The notes under the pieces were generated by a model that worked only from the letters and a program-made list of their open reading frames with translations, was not told where the DNA came from and did no database searches. Below, piece after piece: positions 1 to 9,012 of a DNA stretch of 55,713 bases. This stretch comes from a virus. Taxonomy: Duplodnaviria > Caudoviricetes. The number at the start of each line of letters is the position of its first letter. Position 1 is the stretch's first letter. The position numbers were made by a program, and so were the translations under genes. Where the stretch lies: the IMG/VR virus record IMGVR_UViG_3300037852_000225, positions 1 through 55,713 of that record, one strand, 5' to 3'.

Positions 1-127
1 TAGATGCTTCAATACCTCCAGCCCTCATTATTGAAGATTGTCTTGGATATACTGATATTTGTATCTTTTTGTCCGCAATGGGTTTGCGTCCGGATCCTTT
101 TCTTTTTCCACCTTGTTTTGATTTCAT
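1..127 (-). CDS. Partial small basic DNA-binding protein (GGKRKGSGRKP motif), runs off window edge
   Basis: Manual translation from ATG at 127: MKSKQGGKRKGSGRKPIADKKIQISVYPRQSS...; the GGxRxGxGR-P motif is typical of small phage DNA-binding proteins. Confidence 0.55.
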   Translation of the reverse strand, partial: MKSKQGGKRKGSGRKPIADKKIQISVYPRQSSIMRAGGIEAS

Positions 128-195
128 CCCACAATATAGATAATATCTTTACTAAATCAAAATTTATTTTATACCTTTATTTAAAATATTTTTCT

Positions 196-936
196 ATGTG
201 GTCAGCAATTAAAGGCTATCAAACAGTAGACCCAATTTCAGGACAGCCCGTATTCTTAATTGAATATGATAAAACTGAATTTAAGCCAATCCCAGGCCAC
301 AGGCAATATGTTATCAACTGTGATGGCTCTATCGTTAAGCGAATTATGAGCGAAAAACTATTGCGTAAATCAGAATTGAAGCAATCTTTCCACAAGGATA
401 AAGGCAAAGAGTATCCGCATGGGTATTGGTATGTTACGCTTTTGACCAAAGATGGAATTAATAGTCATCACGAAGTCATTGACCTTTCAGATAAGCTAAC
501 CCTTATTTCTATTCATCGACTTGTTGCAAAAACATGGTGCATCAATCCGGATCCAATTAATAATATCTGGGTCAACCATGAAGATGGCAATAAAATAAAT
601 AATCATTTCTCTAACCTTAAATGGGGAAGTATCTCATACAATATTCAGCATGCGCATGATACAGGCTTATCTAAAGTGCCTTCCGGATCCGATCATTGGA
701 ATTATGGCAAAACCTTAAGCAAAGAAACTAAATCACTGCAATCTATTGCCAAGCTTGGCGCCAAGCATCCTAAATTTAAAGGCTGGTATGTCGTTAATGG
801 AGTTGAATATGAAAGTTCTTATCTCGCTGCCAAAGCTATTGGCACATATCCTAAATGGGTTTGGGTCCATTGCATCCAACAACCACTGCAAGCAAATTAT
901 TTCAAATATATTGATGGATCGAATAATCTAAGGTGA
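196..936 (+). CDS. HNH homing endonuclease with C-terminal NUMOD-like DNA-binding region
   Basis: IHRLVAKTW...VNHEDGNKINNHFSNLKW HNH signature; HWNYGKTLSKETK NUMOD3-like; the ORF-track start at 4 overlaps the opposite gene, so ATG 196 is more plausible. Confidence 0.85.
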   Translation: MWSAIKGYQTVDPISGQPVFLIEYDKTEFKPIPGHRQYVINCDGSIVKRIMSEKLLRKSELKQSFHKDKGKEYPHGYWYVTLLTKDGINSHHEVIDLSDKLTLISIHRLVAKTWCINPDPINNIWVNHEDGNKINNHFSNLKWGSISYNIQHAHDTGLSKVPSGSDHWNYGKTLSKETKSLQSIAKLGAKHPKFKGWYVVNGVEYESSYLAAKAIGTYPKWVWVHCIQQPLQANYFKYIDGSNNLR

Positions 937-946
937 TAATGCTGTA

Positions 947-1339
947 TCAGCCGGCAATCCTTGTTTGTATTATTTGGTTTGCCTCATCGTAAGCAGCTCG
1001 TAAATCTCGTTCTATTTCAATCAATAACCTTTTACCTGGTACTGTTACACTCCAATTACTGCGCCTAAAATTTGGATTATTTACAATATATCCATCTCTT
1101 TGGAGCCTATGCAGAGCCCTTGTAATTCCTTCATCATGTGTAAAATATCCACTATTAATTAAAATATTTTTAATTCTCCTGTATGAACATGGGGTTTTTT
1201 CCTTCTGCAATTTTTGTATTACCACAAGATCAAATTCTCCAAAATATTTATCTTTCTTATCCTTTATTCTATTAAAAATCGCTAAAGAATAAAGCATATT
1301 TTCAATATGTGATAATCCATTTGCTTGCGTGTCTTGCAT
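947..1339 (-). CDS. Winged helix-turn-helix (MarR-like) DNA-binding protein
   Basis: ITRALHRLQRDGYI...WSVTVPGKRLL pattern matches wHTH recognition helix and wing. Confidence 0.6.
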   Translation of the reverse strand: MQDTQANGLSHIENMLYSLAIFNRIKDKKDKYFGEFDLVVIQKLQKEKTPCSYRRIKNILINSGYFTHDEGITRALHRLQRDGYIVNNPNFRRSNWSVTVPGKRLLIEIERDLRAAYDEANQIIQTRIAG

Positions 1340-1829
1340 AGCTGGGAAGGTATAATCAGTCTTTCAGACTTGTTTGTGTAGTATTTCTGTATTTTCTTAT
1401 AATTTATGTCTGTATAACAACATAATAACCATTATAATGTTATTTACATTTATTATAAGAATTATATTTATTTAAGTATCAATTAATTATAAAAATTTTG
1501 CGTGGAACGTTTTTAATTTGACATTTTGTCTTGGTTTTATCCTTTGCTTTTTCACTTTCCTGCCTGGCTGCCTGCAAAATCCATAATCCACCCAACGCAT
1601 TGAAATTGAAATATTTGCACCCACCCGGTCGATAAAAATCCATTTCCCATTTCCAACTGCCACCCCTGTCAAGTAGGTATCATCCCATAAATGAAGGTGC
1701 ACAATATAAAATTATTAAACTCCGATGATATTGCAAAATATTTTATTTAGTAGGATAGCCGGTTCAATATCCGAGCATTAAGACATCAAAAAGTATAATA
1801 AAATAATTAAAAACAACAAAAAATCATGC

Positions 1830-2222
1830 GACAAAAAGATAATGAACGGGGAGAAATACATCATAAAAGTCGTCAAATCATAAAAAATATCACTATTATC
1901 GTGAGACAAAAAGACAAAATCCAAAAAAGTTTTGTCTCATTTTTTGTCGCGTATGGTTAATTGATTATAAGACACTTATATACAAAAAGACAAAAAGACA
2001 AAATATTTTCTATTAAACTATACGCAGGAGATAATAATAGTAATAGTAGTAATAGTAGTATACACTTTATGTAATTAATTATTTTTTTTTATTTATATAT
2101 ATGTATTATAGCGTTTTTTTTTGTCTTTTTGTCTCAAACGCTATAGTAAAATGGTAATCAATGTATTATACGCGACAAAAAAAAGACAAACTCCGACAAA
2201 ATATTCGATTTGAGACAAAAAA
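1830..2222. repeat. Iteron-like GACAAA(A) repeat array around an AT-rich core; putative replication origin
   Basis: 9 forward (1830,1905,1913,1989,1997,2174,2185,2195,2214) and 4 reverse (about 1930,1941,2119,2126) copies; AT-rich core about 2030-2110; non-coding; just downstream of the primase/helicase gene. Confidence 0.7.
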
Positions 2223-2397
2223 TGGCCATTTTCAGCCCATATACCTAAAAATATAGTTATTTCGGTTTGATATAAAACCACAAAAATTAGAATGTATATT
2301 GATAAATAAAGCAATACAATTCTTATAACAGGGGAGTATTATTTGGATATTTAGTGTCGAGGATGGTGCCGGATGTATTGGACCGTATTGGTAAAAT

Positions 2398-4875
2398 TCA
2401 AAAAGGAGATATCTCAATAAATTCCCGGCCACGTTCTTCGAGAGCAAATGTGTTTCTTCCTTTTGCGTCCTTATCAAAAATGAACCCATGGTGTGTTGCC
2501 CATTCGGACAGGGCTTTATTGATCCGGAAGGAAGTGAGCCTGAATTGATGGTTTATGCCGTTTTCGTTGCAGAATTTTTCGTAGAGGACTTTAAAAGTAT
2601 CATTGGAGATAAAGTTATTTTTCCAGTTATGCCAGTTTTCCTGTATAAATTCCCTCGTTGCCTGCATGTGGGACTGATCGAATTGTTTGGTCCAGCCGCC
2701 GTCTGTCAGGACTTTATCTGGTAATTTACCTTTAACGACCAGGTAGGATTGTATAGATTTAATGCAAATATTATCATATGCAAGCCATTCATACTGGTTC
2801 CAGTCTGATGGGAACATAGCGCCGAAGTGCTCGTTGACGCCTCCGCAGCGGGTGAAAAAATCAGTGAACTCGATTGGTCGGATCCTTCGGCGGATGCCGC
2901 CATCTGAAACTTCGTAAGAGAAGTTGGTGGATATTATGAACTTAGGCATTTTTTGAACAGGGACAGTTTGCTGATTTTGGAATAGTTTTTTAAGCATCCC
3001 GGATCCGGATGATAGTTCCTTAAGAAAGACAAAATCGAATTTTTTAGGGACATCGGATATCGACAATATCCGTTCGTAATTCCAGGATTGGAGGAATTTT
3101 TCATCAAACTGGACCTGTGTGCCAGGGATATTTTTAAAGGTAGTGCTGTGACCAAGTAGGGAGGCGAATATGTTTTTCCCTGATCCGCCGCCTTGTTTTG
3201 GGTCTTCACATTGCTCTGTAAGGACGATAATATACCCCATGTCTTCATCTTTATATTCATGGATCAGATACCCAATACATTGAAATACATAGATATTATG
3301 ACCAACACAGAGGTCAAGGAATTTATAATACATGGAGTCTTCAATTTCTTCCTGCGTTATAGTTTGGTAATCCCTTGGTGCAATCTGATGCTCGAAAATA
3401 AGCTGGCCAAGTGGTATTGGGTAAGGCTCAATCGATGGTGGTTGAAGTGATTTGATAGTGGCCCATCCGTTTTGGAAGAACTTATATGATATGTATTTAG
3501 TTGATTTTAAAAGCCTTGACTCATCGAGCTCTGGTAGTCTTGATATAGTGTAATCACCGCATGTTTGAACGAATGCTTCAAACGAGTTGGCTATTGCTTC
3601 ATATAAAAACAAATCTTCTTCCTGTATATAACTCTTCAAGGTATCCCATAAATACCTGGGAGTTCGCTGGATGACTTTAAATCCATCAATCTGATAAAGT
3701 TCCTGATTGTAGGTTACGAACTGGTAATGAGCAGCGCAATGGTATATGCCTTCACGGGAGATACTGATTTTTTTCTTATGCTCTCTCCAAAATACCCCAG
3801 CCGGGTATCGTTCATCGATGGATGCGCTGGCGATAATATAGGCATCTTGGGCCTCTGCACTGGCATTTTTTGGCAACGGGGTTCCATACATAGCGGCTTT
3901 TTCAACCAACCTAACCTCTACTTCCGCTTTTATTTTACCATATCCCTGTTCAACGAGATACCAAAAAGTTTTCTTTTTATCGCCGGCGAACTTAAGAATT
4001 GATAGTACGGATGCCGGTAAATACCCGCTATCAGGTTCAAATTCAGTGGATGAAGTGAAAATATAAAATACTCTTTTCAGTTTATTATAAGATGCAGATA
4101 CCCCAACTTCTTTTCCCGGGCGGGTGAAATACATGAAATTATTCGACTCATTAAGAAATTTCCACCCCCCATAGTCTACTAAAACCGTCGGCGCTTGGTC
4201 TGAATTATTGAAATGGTCCCATGGGTTCTCTGAATAATACTGGTTATCTGATTTAGAAGGAACGAATGGTTTCTGTATTTTAATTACCTCGTTATATGAA
4301 CGGCAAATGGTAATTAAACTATCACGCTCGGCTTTGGTTATTAACGGGATAGGGTTATTAAAATGAATGGAATACCCAAGTGATGGCGGCGCTACCACAT
4401 ACCCCCCCTCCCCCCTTGTTTCAATTCCTGCACGTTTCTGTCCTTCTTTGGTGGCAAGTTTGAGGTTACCTTCCGGGCCGCTGTCCGATATCCGGTAAAG
4501 AATATGAAAACCACCAGACGGGGTCTTGTGGATTCGTAGGGAATTAAACAGATCCGGATAAATTGCATTCAAGTCAGAGAATAATCTCCCGTCAATTCCA
4601 CTCCAGTGCTTTACATCAATATCAATAACCTCAAGATTACCAGACACTTTGCCGCAGATGATGGCTACCGCATTGGTTTTGGCTTTTTCAATATCTTTCC
4701 AAAGCTGGTCTTTGGTTATTATTTCAGACTGATATTTTTTCCACCCGAAGTATGGCTCTTTTTTTAAATGATTCCGGCCCGATATTTCCTCATCTTTATC
4801 CCTTACCGGGATCAGGGATATGCCATCGGATAATAAGGTTTCCACCTCGCTCCAGACTTCGGATAGAGAATCCAT
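2398..4875 (-). CDS. Bifunctional primase-polymerase (Prim-Pol) fused to SF3/D5-like helicase
   Basis: N-terminal VIDIDVK, KTPSGGFHILY, IETRGEGGYVVAPPS; C-terminal Walker A GGSGKN, ISDV, IISTN, RRRI. Confidence 0.9.
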   Translation of the reverse strand: MDSLSEVWSEVETLLSDGISLIPVRDKDEEISGRNHLKKEPYFGWKKYQSEIITKDQLWKDIEKAKTNAVAIICGKVSGNLEVIDIDVKHWSGIDGRLFSDLNAIYPDLFNSLRIHKTPSGGFHILYRISDSGPEGNLKLATKEGQKRAGIETRGEGGYVVAPPSLGYSIHFNNPIPLITKAERDSLITICRSYNEVIKIQKPFVPSKSDNQYYSENPWDHFNNSDQAPTVLVDYGGWKFLNESNNFMYFTRPGKEVGVSASYNKLKRVFYIFTSSTEFEPDSGYLPASVLSILKFAGDKKKTFWYLVEQGYGKIKAEVEVRLVEKAAMYGTPLPKNASAEAQDAYIIASASIDERYPAGVFWREHKKKISISREGIYHCAAHYQFVTYNQELYQIDGFKVIQRTPRYLWDTLKSYIQEEDLFLYEAIANSFEAFVQTCGDYTISRLPELDESRLLKSTKYISYKFFQNGWATIKSLQPPSIEPYPIPLGQLIFEHQIAPRDYQTITQEEIEDSMYYKFLDLCVGHNIYVFQCIGYLIHEYKDEDMGYIIVLTEQCEDPKQGGGSGKNIFASLLGHSTTFKNIPGTQVQFDEKFLQSWNYERILSISDVPKKFDFVFLKELSSGSGMLKKLFQNQQTVPVQKMPKFIISTNFSYEVSDGGIRRRIRPIEFTDFFTRCGGVNEHFGAMFPSDWNQYEWLAYDNICIKSIQSYLVVKGKLPDKVLTDGGWTKQFDQSHMQATREFIQENWHNWKNNFISNDTFKVLYEKFCNENGINHQFRLTSFRINKALSEWATHHGFIFDKDAKGRNTFALEERGREFIEISPF

Positions 4876-4907
4876 AAAATGTTGGGGTTGTGAGTATTAA
4901 ATAGAAT

Positions 4908-5014
4908 AAAAACCCGGCATCAGGTAGTAGAGTACCGTCAGCCAGGCTTTTGTAAGTAAGAGAAATTCATTCGGAACCTCTACGTTCTGGATGAACTATT
5001 TATAGGGTAAGGTA
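4908..5014 (-). promoter_or_regulatory. Structured 5' leader (two hairpins with complementary loops) and Bacteroidota-type promoter upstream of the primase
   Basis: Minus-strand hairpin UUCAUCCAGAAC-GUAGAG-GUUCCGAAUGAA and hairpin AAAAGCCUGGC...CUCUAC...GCCGGGUUUUU; TACCTTAC at 5007-5014 with TTTG 19 nt upstream. Confidence 0.5.
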
Positions 5015-5057
5015 CAGATTGAATCGTATATTTCAAAAAATTCGTCAATAGACTTTG

Positions 5058-5522
5058 TCACACAATATTTGCCGTTATCTGATCGAATAGAGTTAAAAAT
5101 TCTTCGGGCGTGTGGACAAATTCATAAATACCGCCAGCTCTGCGTTCCTTAGCCTGCTCTGCAAGTTGTCCATCAGATGGTTTGTCCAAGCCGACCTTGA
5201 CCTCCCACTGGCAACTTCGTCCTTTGATTGTTGAAGAAACATCTGCCGAATACCTGTTCCCCGCTTTAATCCAGAATTTATCACGAAATTTAGCCCCAGA
5301 TTCCCCTGTCGTTACCTTATCTATAAGTCTCCCTTGAACGTTAATTCGCTTGGCTCTGTACCCAGACCAGTTTATAAAATTTATAATAAACATCTGAAGC
5401 CCATTGCTTTTAGCTACTTTTGGATATACTACCGGAGGATAATGCCCATCTTTGTAGGCAATAGGGTACTCCCGCTTAAAATACTCAAGGTGAGCTTTGG
5501 AATATCGCTCTTTCCAGGTCAA
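5058..5522 (-). CDS. PD-(D/E)xK nuclease, VRR-NUC/Holliday-junction-resolvase-like
   Basis: ADVSSTIKGRSCQWEVKVGLDKPSDGQ...RAGGIY motif. Confidence 0.75.
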   Translation of the reverse strand: MTWKERYSKAHLEYFKREYPIAYKDGHYPPVVYPKVAKSNGLQMFIINFINWSGYRAKRINVQGRLIDKVTTGESGAKFRDKFWIKAGNRYSADVSSTIKGRSCQWEVKVGLDKPSDGQLAEQAKERRAGGIYEFVHTPEEFLTLFDQITANIV

Positions 5523-5866
5523 AACGGAAGATCGTTAATAGGTTCAGGTGTAACAGGTTGCGAGATTGTTGTGCCACCAACAGATTCAACAGCCGAGTAG
5601 TCAATATCAGACTGTACAGGTGCCGTTGCTTCTATTTCTCTGGCATTGCCGATATACGGGCGTCCGTCCTGCTGTGAGAGATCCTTTTTTGGGTTTAGCT
5701 GAATAGAAATAATATTTCCATACTGATCTTTGGTTTCATTAAGCCAGATATTCAGCGAAGCATATACCTTCCCATTATTTGCCTTGGTGAAAGATGAGTG
5801 CTGTTTGCGGGCGTTTTCTAAAATATCCGTTATGCAGAGTGAACCTACATATAATTTATTTGGCAT
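5519..5866 (-). CDS. ssb: Single-stranded DNA-binding protein
   Basis: OB-like beta-rich N-terminus (NGKVYASLNIW, PYIGNA), flexible tail ending NDLPF; replication operon context. Confidence 0.75.
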   Translation of the reverse strand: MPNKLYVGSLCITDILENARKQHSSFTKANNGKVYASLNIWLNETKDQYGNIISIQLNPKKDLSQQDGRPYIGNAREIEATAPVQSDIDYSAVESVGGTTISQPVTPEPINDLPF

Positions 5867-5888
5867 ACGTTATAAATTGAATGTTACT

Positions 5889-5949
5889 GAAATATTATTA
5901 ATTGAATAGTAAAGAAATATTATTAATTGAATAGTAAAGAAATATTATT
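5889..5949. repeat. 25-bp tandem repeat (about 2.4 copies) across the stop codon of the DnaA-domain-IV gene
   Basis: GAAATATTATTAATTGAATAGTAAA at 5889-5913 and 5914-5938, partial copy 5939-5949. Confidence 0.9.
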
Positions 5950-6294
5950 CTGAAGATTTGTTATTTGGTTTTTAATACTTGGGTCACTATCCATAAGATC
6001 CAGAATTGCATGTTTTGAATGAATAATACTGGTATGGTCCATGCCCATAAATATTTTACCTATCTGTGAAAGGGACAAGTTAGTGAATTTATACAGCATG
6101 AACATGGTGACCTGGCGAGCAAAGACTATTTCACGTTTTCTGTTTCTCTGCTTCATATCATCAAAAGAAATATTAAAAAAATTAGTGCAGTAGTCAATTA
6201 CCTTTTCTTCAGGGAATTTATCATCGATAACCGGAACAAGCCTGTACCTTTTGCCATCAATAATCACAATCATATTTAACGGGTCATTTTTCAT
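5923..6294 (-). CDS. Stand-alone DnaA C-terminal (domain IV) HTH protein
   Basis: RKREIVFARQVTMFML...SLSQIGKIF.GMDHTSIIHS matches the DnaA domain IV signature; no AAA+ domain. Confidence 0.85.
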   Translation of the reverse strand: MKNDPLNMIVIIDGKRYRLVPVIDDKFPEEKVIDYCTNFFNISFDDMKQRNRKREIVFARQVTMFMLYKFTNLSLSQIGKIFMGMDHTSIIHSKHAILDLMDSDPSIKNQITNLQNNISLLFN

Positions 6295-6881
6295 TTGACC
6301 GTTACCTGGACTATAGTTGTGGATGATTTCGAAGGGGGATAAAGTGTAGCGAGTTCCCCTGTTTCAGGATCAAGAACTCCAATACCTGATTGGTCTACTG
6401 TTTTCAGAAATTCCTGCTGTTTTTTTATCACATCCCCGAGTTCTTTGTAATCTGCCATCAACTTAGTCAACCTATCATCCCCACATTTGGAGTAATCGTA
6501 TTTCACACCAGCCTCTTTTATCTGGAACTCTGAATTATGAAGGGTGAATTTCTTACCATATTTTTCAGCGGCAGCCAGTACCGCTGCTTTGTATTTGATG
6601 GCTGTATCAGGGTATTTATCAGCATCATTCAGCATACCAATCATCTGTTCCGTGCTCTTCAGTTGAAGGTGAATTTTAAGTGGGTCAACAACCCCTTCCT
6701 CGATTTGCCGGAGTATATCATGAGCGAACCGGATGCGCTCTTCTTTGATCGTATCGTACAGGAATTGTCTTTCCGGTCCTGTGGTTACTGATACTGATTG
6801 GGCTTCTGTGAGTGGGTACTGCCTGCTCTGGCGGTCTTCGTTCTCCCGCTCCTGCATGAATTGTTCGTTGCTTGATATCAT
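6291..6881 (-). CDS. Hypothetical phage protein in the recombination module
   Basis: 196-aa ORF overlapping both neighbours by 4 nt. Confidence 0.75.
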   Translation of the reverse strand: MISSNEQFMQERENEDRQSRQYPLTEAQSVSVTTGPERQFLYDTIKEERIRFAHDILRQIEEGVVDPLKIHLQLKSTEQMIGMLNDADKYPDTAIKYKAAVLAAAEKYGKKFTLHNSEFQIKEAGVKYDYSKCGDDRLTKLMADYKELGDVIKKQQEFLKTVDQSGIGVLDPETGELATLYPPSKSSTTIVQVTVK

Positions 6882-7630
6882 GGCTTGGGCCCTCCTGCCT
6901 CTTGGAAGGCTTTTAAATTTTCCTGGGCTAATCCAGATTCAGCCGGCTCCCCATGAAGGGTTTGCTGTAGCAACTTACTCTGGGATTCAGAAAGTTCATA
7001 AGTTGCCAGTTTATCCACAATCGAAACCTCCCCAGCCAGGATCCGGTCAATGGCTTTTTTAAAGGCGGCATCTGTCATTGTTTGTTTTTGGATTGGTTTT
7101 GGAGCGTCCGGGTAAGGTTTCAGTTTGCTCCCAGTGGTAATATTTCCTTGGTCAGTATATTGAGCATCAACGGTTTCTATTTCCGTTTCATCCAAGGTCC
7201 CCATTCCGCAAATTGAAAGGGTAACCCTTCTTTTTGCTTTTGTTTCAGCCTTCATAAAAGCGTTTGCGAGGGCCTCCCCGGATAACCCCTGGATATTCAC
7301 AGCTCCCGTACTGGCATCTGCTTTGCCTTTAGAATCCTTAGCTTTGGCTGTTACGATGAATACCCCACGGATTTCTTCAGAGGTAATTTCGGTAATGGAA
7401 ATACCATGAATCTTACGAAGCTGTTCCGTAGCGTCCTTGGTGGCATATAGCATTTCCCGGCCCTGAAGTTTCAGGATTTTAAAAGGCTGTGTCAGAGGAT
7501 TTAAGCCAAGAGAATCACAGAATTGCTTGTAATAGGACACTTTCTGCTCTTCAGTCATCCCGGAAATATCCCCTTTAAGGACAAGGCTTGATAAAACCCC
7601 GTCTGGCTTGGTTGCGACTTGATTATTCAT
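6878..7630 (-). CDS. RecT/Red-beta-like single-strand annealing protein
   Basis: CDSLGLNPLTQPF...LYATKDATEQLR...MKAETKAKRRVTLSICG pattern; upstream of SSB. Confidence 0.7.
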   Translation of the reverse strand: MNNQVATKPDGVLSSLVLKGDISGMTEEQKVSYYKQFCDSLGLNPLTQPFKILKLQGREMLYATKDATEQLRKIHGISITEITSEEIRGVFIVTAKAKDSKGKADASTGAVNIQGLSGEALANAFMKAETKAKRRVTLSICGMGTLDETEIETVDAQYTDQGNITTGSKLKPYPDAPKPIQKQTMTDAAFKKAIDRILAGEVSIVDKLATYELSESQSKLLQQTLHGEPAESGLAQENLKAFQEAGGPKP

Positions 7631-7648
7631 GATTTATAATTTACTGGT

Positions 7649-7864
7649 TTACAATACTGGTTTTTGCCCAGTGTGATTTACATTCAGACTGCCAATCAGG
7701 ACTTTTGATAATTGTTCGGTGTATTCTTTCCTAAGTTCTTCAAGAATAGTAGCTTCGCTTTGCAGTCCGAGGTCCGCTATTGCAGCGATGGCTTTATTGA
7801 ATTTTGCCCGGAGTGCGGACTCCTGTTTTCTGATTTCTTTGGTGTCAATAATTTTTTCTAACAT
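7649..7864 (-). CDS. Hypothetical protein, first gene of the leftward operon
   Basis: 71-aa ORF directly downstream of a consensus promoter. Confidence 0.65.
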   Translation of the reverse strand: MLEKIIDTKEIRKQESALRAKFNKAIAAIADLGLQSEATILEELRKEYTEQLSKVLIGSLNVNHTGQKPVL

Positions 7865-7903
7865 GGTTTACGTGTTTAACTGGTGATGACAAAGTGTGGG
7901 AAA

Positions 7904-7951
7904 CAAATATAAGCACCGATTTGGTACTATCCAAATAATTCTATAGTTTTG
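7904..7951. promoter_or_regulatory. Divergent overlapping Bacteroidota sigma-A promoters
   Basis: Minus: TATATTTG (7904-7911) with TTTG 20 nt upstream (7932-7935). Plus: TTTG (7920-7923), 20 nt, TAGTTTTG (7944-7951). Inverted repeat ATTTGG-N6-CCAAAT at 7919-7936. Confidence 0.75.
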
Positions 7952-7966
7952 TTGAAATTATTTTTT

Positions 7967-8113
7967 ATGCCGTTAGCAGTAAACCTTAGAATTTTAAAAA
8001 AGGCACATTGGGAGAAGTTAAAAAAGGTGGCTAAGAAACGAAGGATGTCAGCCAATTCCCTACTCAATGAGCTGATTGAGAACTGTGTAAAAAATGGTAC
8101 CTTTAAATCTTAA
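7967..8113 (+). CDS. Arc/ribbon-helix-helix DNA-binding protein (48 aa, absent from ORF track)
   Basis: MPLAVNLRILKKAHWEKLKKVAKKRRMSANSLLNELIENCV: beta-strand xNLR, helix, S-x-N helix typical of the Arc family. Confidence 0.75.
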   Translation: MPLAVNLRILKKAHWEKLKKVAKKRRMSANSLLNELIENCVKNGTFKS

Positions 8114-8123
8114 AATAAAAGTT

Positions 8124-8351
8124 ATGAAGCGAATTATTTTGGCTGTCTGCCTTTTTTTCTTACTTTCCTCCGAAACCTGCAATGACCAGTCCGCAAGCAA
8201 GTCAGGTTCCGGCACCACAACGAATGGCAGTCATCCCCATTCCAACACCAGGGTTCCATTTACGGCCAAATGGGCTCTTTTGGTGGTAGGATCCGGCGCC
8301 GCCATATATTGGATGATAAAAAGGGAGAGCAGGCGCGTAAGTAATATATAA
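8124..8351 (+). CDS. Small exported membrane protein with C-terminal sorting-like anchor
   Basis: MKRIILAVCLFFLLSS signal, Ser/Gly/Thr linker, VPF-hydrophobic helix-KRESRR tail. Confidence 0.6.
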   Translation: MKRIILAVCLFFLLSSETCNDQSASKSGSGTTTNGSHPHSNTRVPFTAKWALLVVGSGAAIYWMIKRESRRVSNI

Positions 8352-8422
8352 ATAATACAAGTTTACGCTCATTAAGATGTGAGTAATAGATAAATCACCT
8401 ATTTTTACCAAACAGAATTTTT

Positions 8423-8944
8423 ATGGACTTATTCGGGAAAGAAAAAAAGGAGTTGATAGATATTATTGACAACCTTTCGGTTACCGTGATGAAACAAGCG
8501 GGAGCGATTTCGGATATAGTAAGTTCAAAAAATCAGAATGTAAGATTAGTTCTAACAACATCCATTAATAATTCAATTTTTATTATTATGTCTATTAATT
8601 TAAGTGCAAAGCAATTTTCTATTGATTCTTTAGGATTGGTTGATACCGATACCGGACTTGCAGTAGTTGCAACCTTTGCTAATCAGACGTTTACAAGCGA
8701 TAACCCGGCCATCTTTACGTCTACGCAAGATCCTGCAAACCCGAATCAATCAAAGGATGTTGCTATAGCCGCTGGTAATGCAAATTTGCTTGCCACCGCT
8801 GATGCTACCTATACTGATTCGAAGACAGGATTATCAGTAACAAAGACTGGACTAAAAGTAAGCGTCCCTGTAATAATTTCCGCTGTAGTAGCTGGAGAAA
8901 ATGTTGCTTTGGTTATAAATCAGGGGACACCACAAGCGCAGTAG
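8423..8944 (+). CDS. Hypothetical protein with Ig-like beta-rich C-terminal part
   Basis: FTSDNPAIFT...AIAAGNANLLATAD resembles Big/Ig-like strands; alternative start at MSINL is possible. Confidence 0.55.
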   Translation: MDLFGKEKKELIDIIDNLSVTVMKQAGAISDIVSSKNQNVRLVLTTSINNSIFIIMSINLSAKQFSIDSLGLVDTDTGLAVVATFANQTFTSDNPAIFTSTQDPANPNQSKDVAIAAGNANLLATADATYTDSKTGLSVTKTGLKVSVPVIISAVVAGENVALVINQGTPQAQ

Positions 8945-9012
8945 AAATTACCTAAGAATATTTAACCACCCTGCTTTTTTAGTGGGGTTTTCTTGTTTGA
9001 AATAGTAAAATT

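Noticed and set aside
4-195. N-terminal 64 aa of the 310-aa ORF
   Set aside because: It is the antisense of a more plausible minus-strand gene plus AT-rich promoter DNA; ATG 196 fits better
1487-1702. 71-aa minus-strand ORF
   Set aside because: GTG start, no recognisable motif, isolated in a non-coding region; cannot be supported
1830-2222. CRISPR array or mini-array
   Set aside because: Repeats are 6-8 bp, in both orientations and irregularly spaced; no 25-45-bp repeat/spacer pattern and no cas genes
7011-7019. Perfect DnaA box TTATCCACA
   Set aside because: Single copy inside a coding region; about one is expected by chance in a window this size
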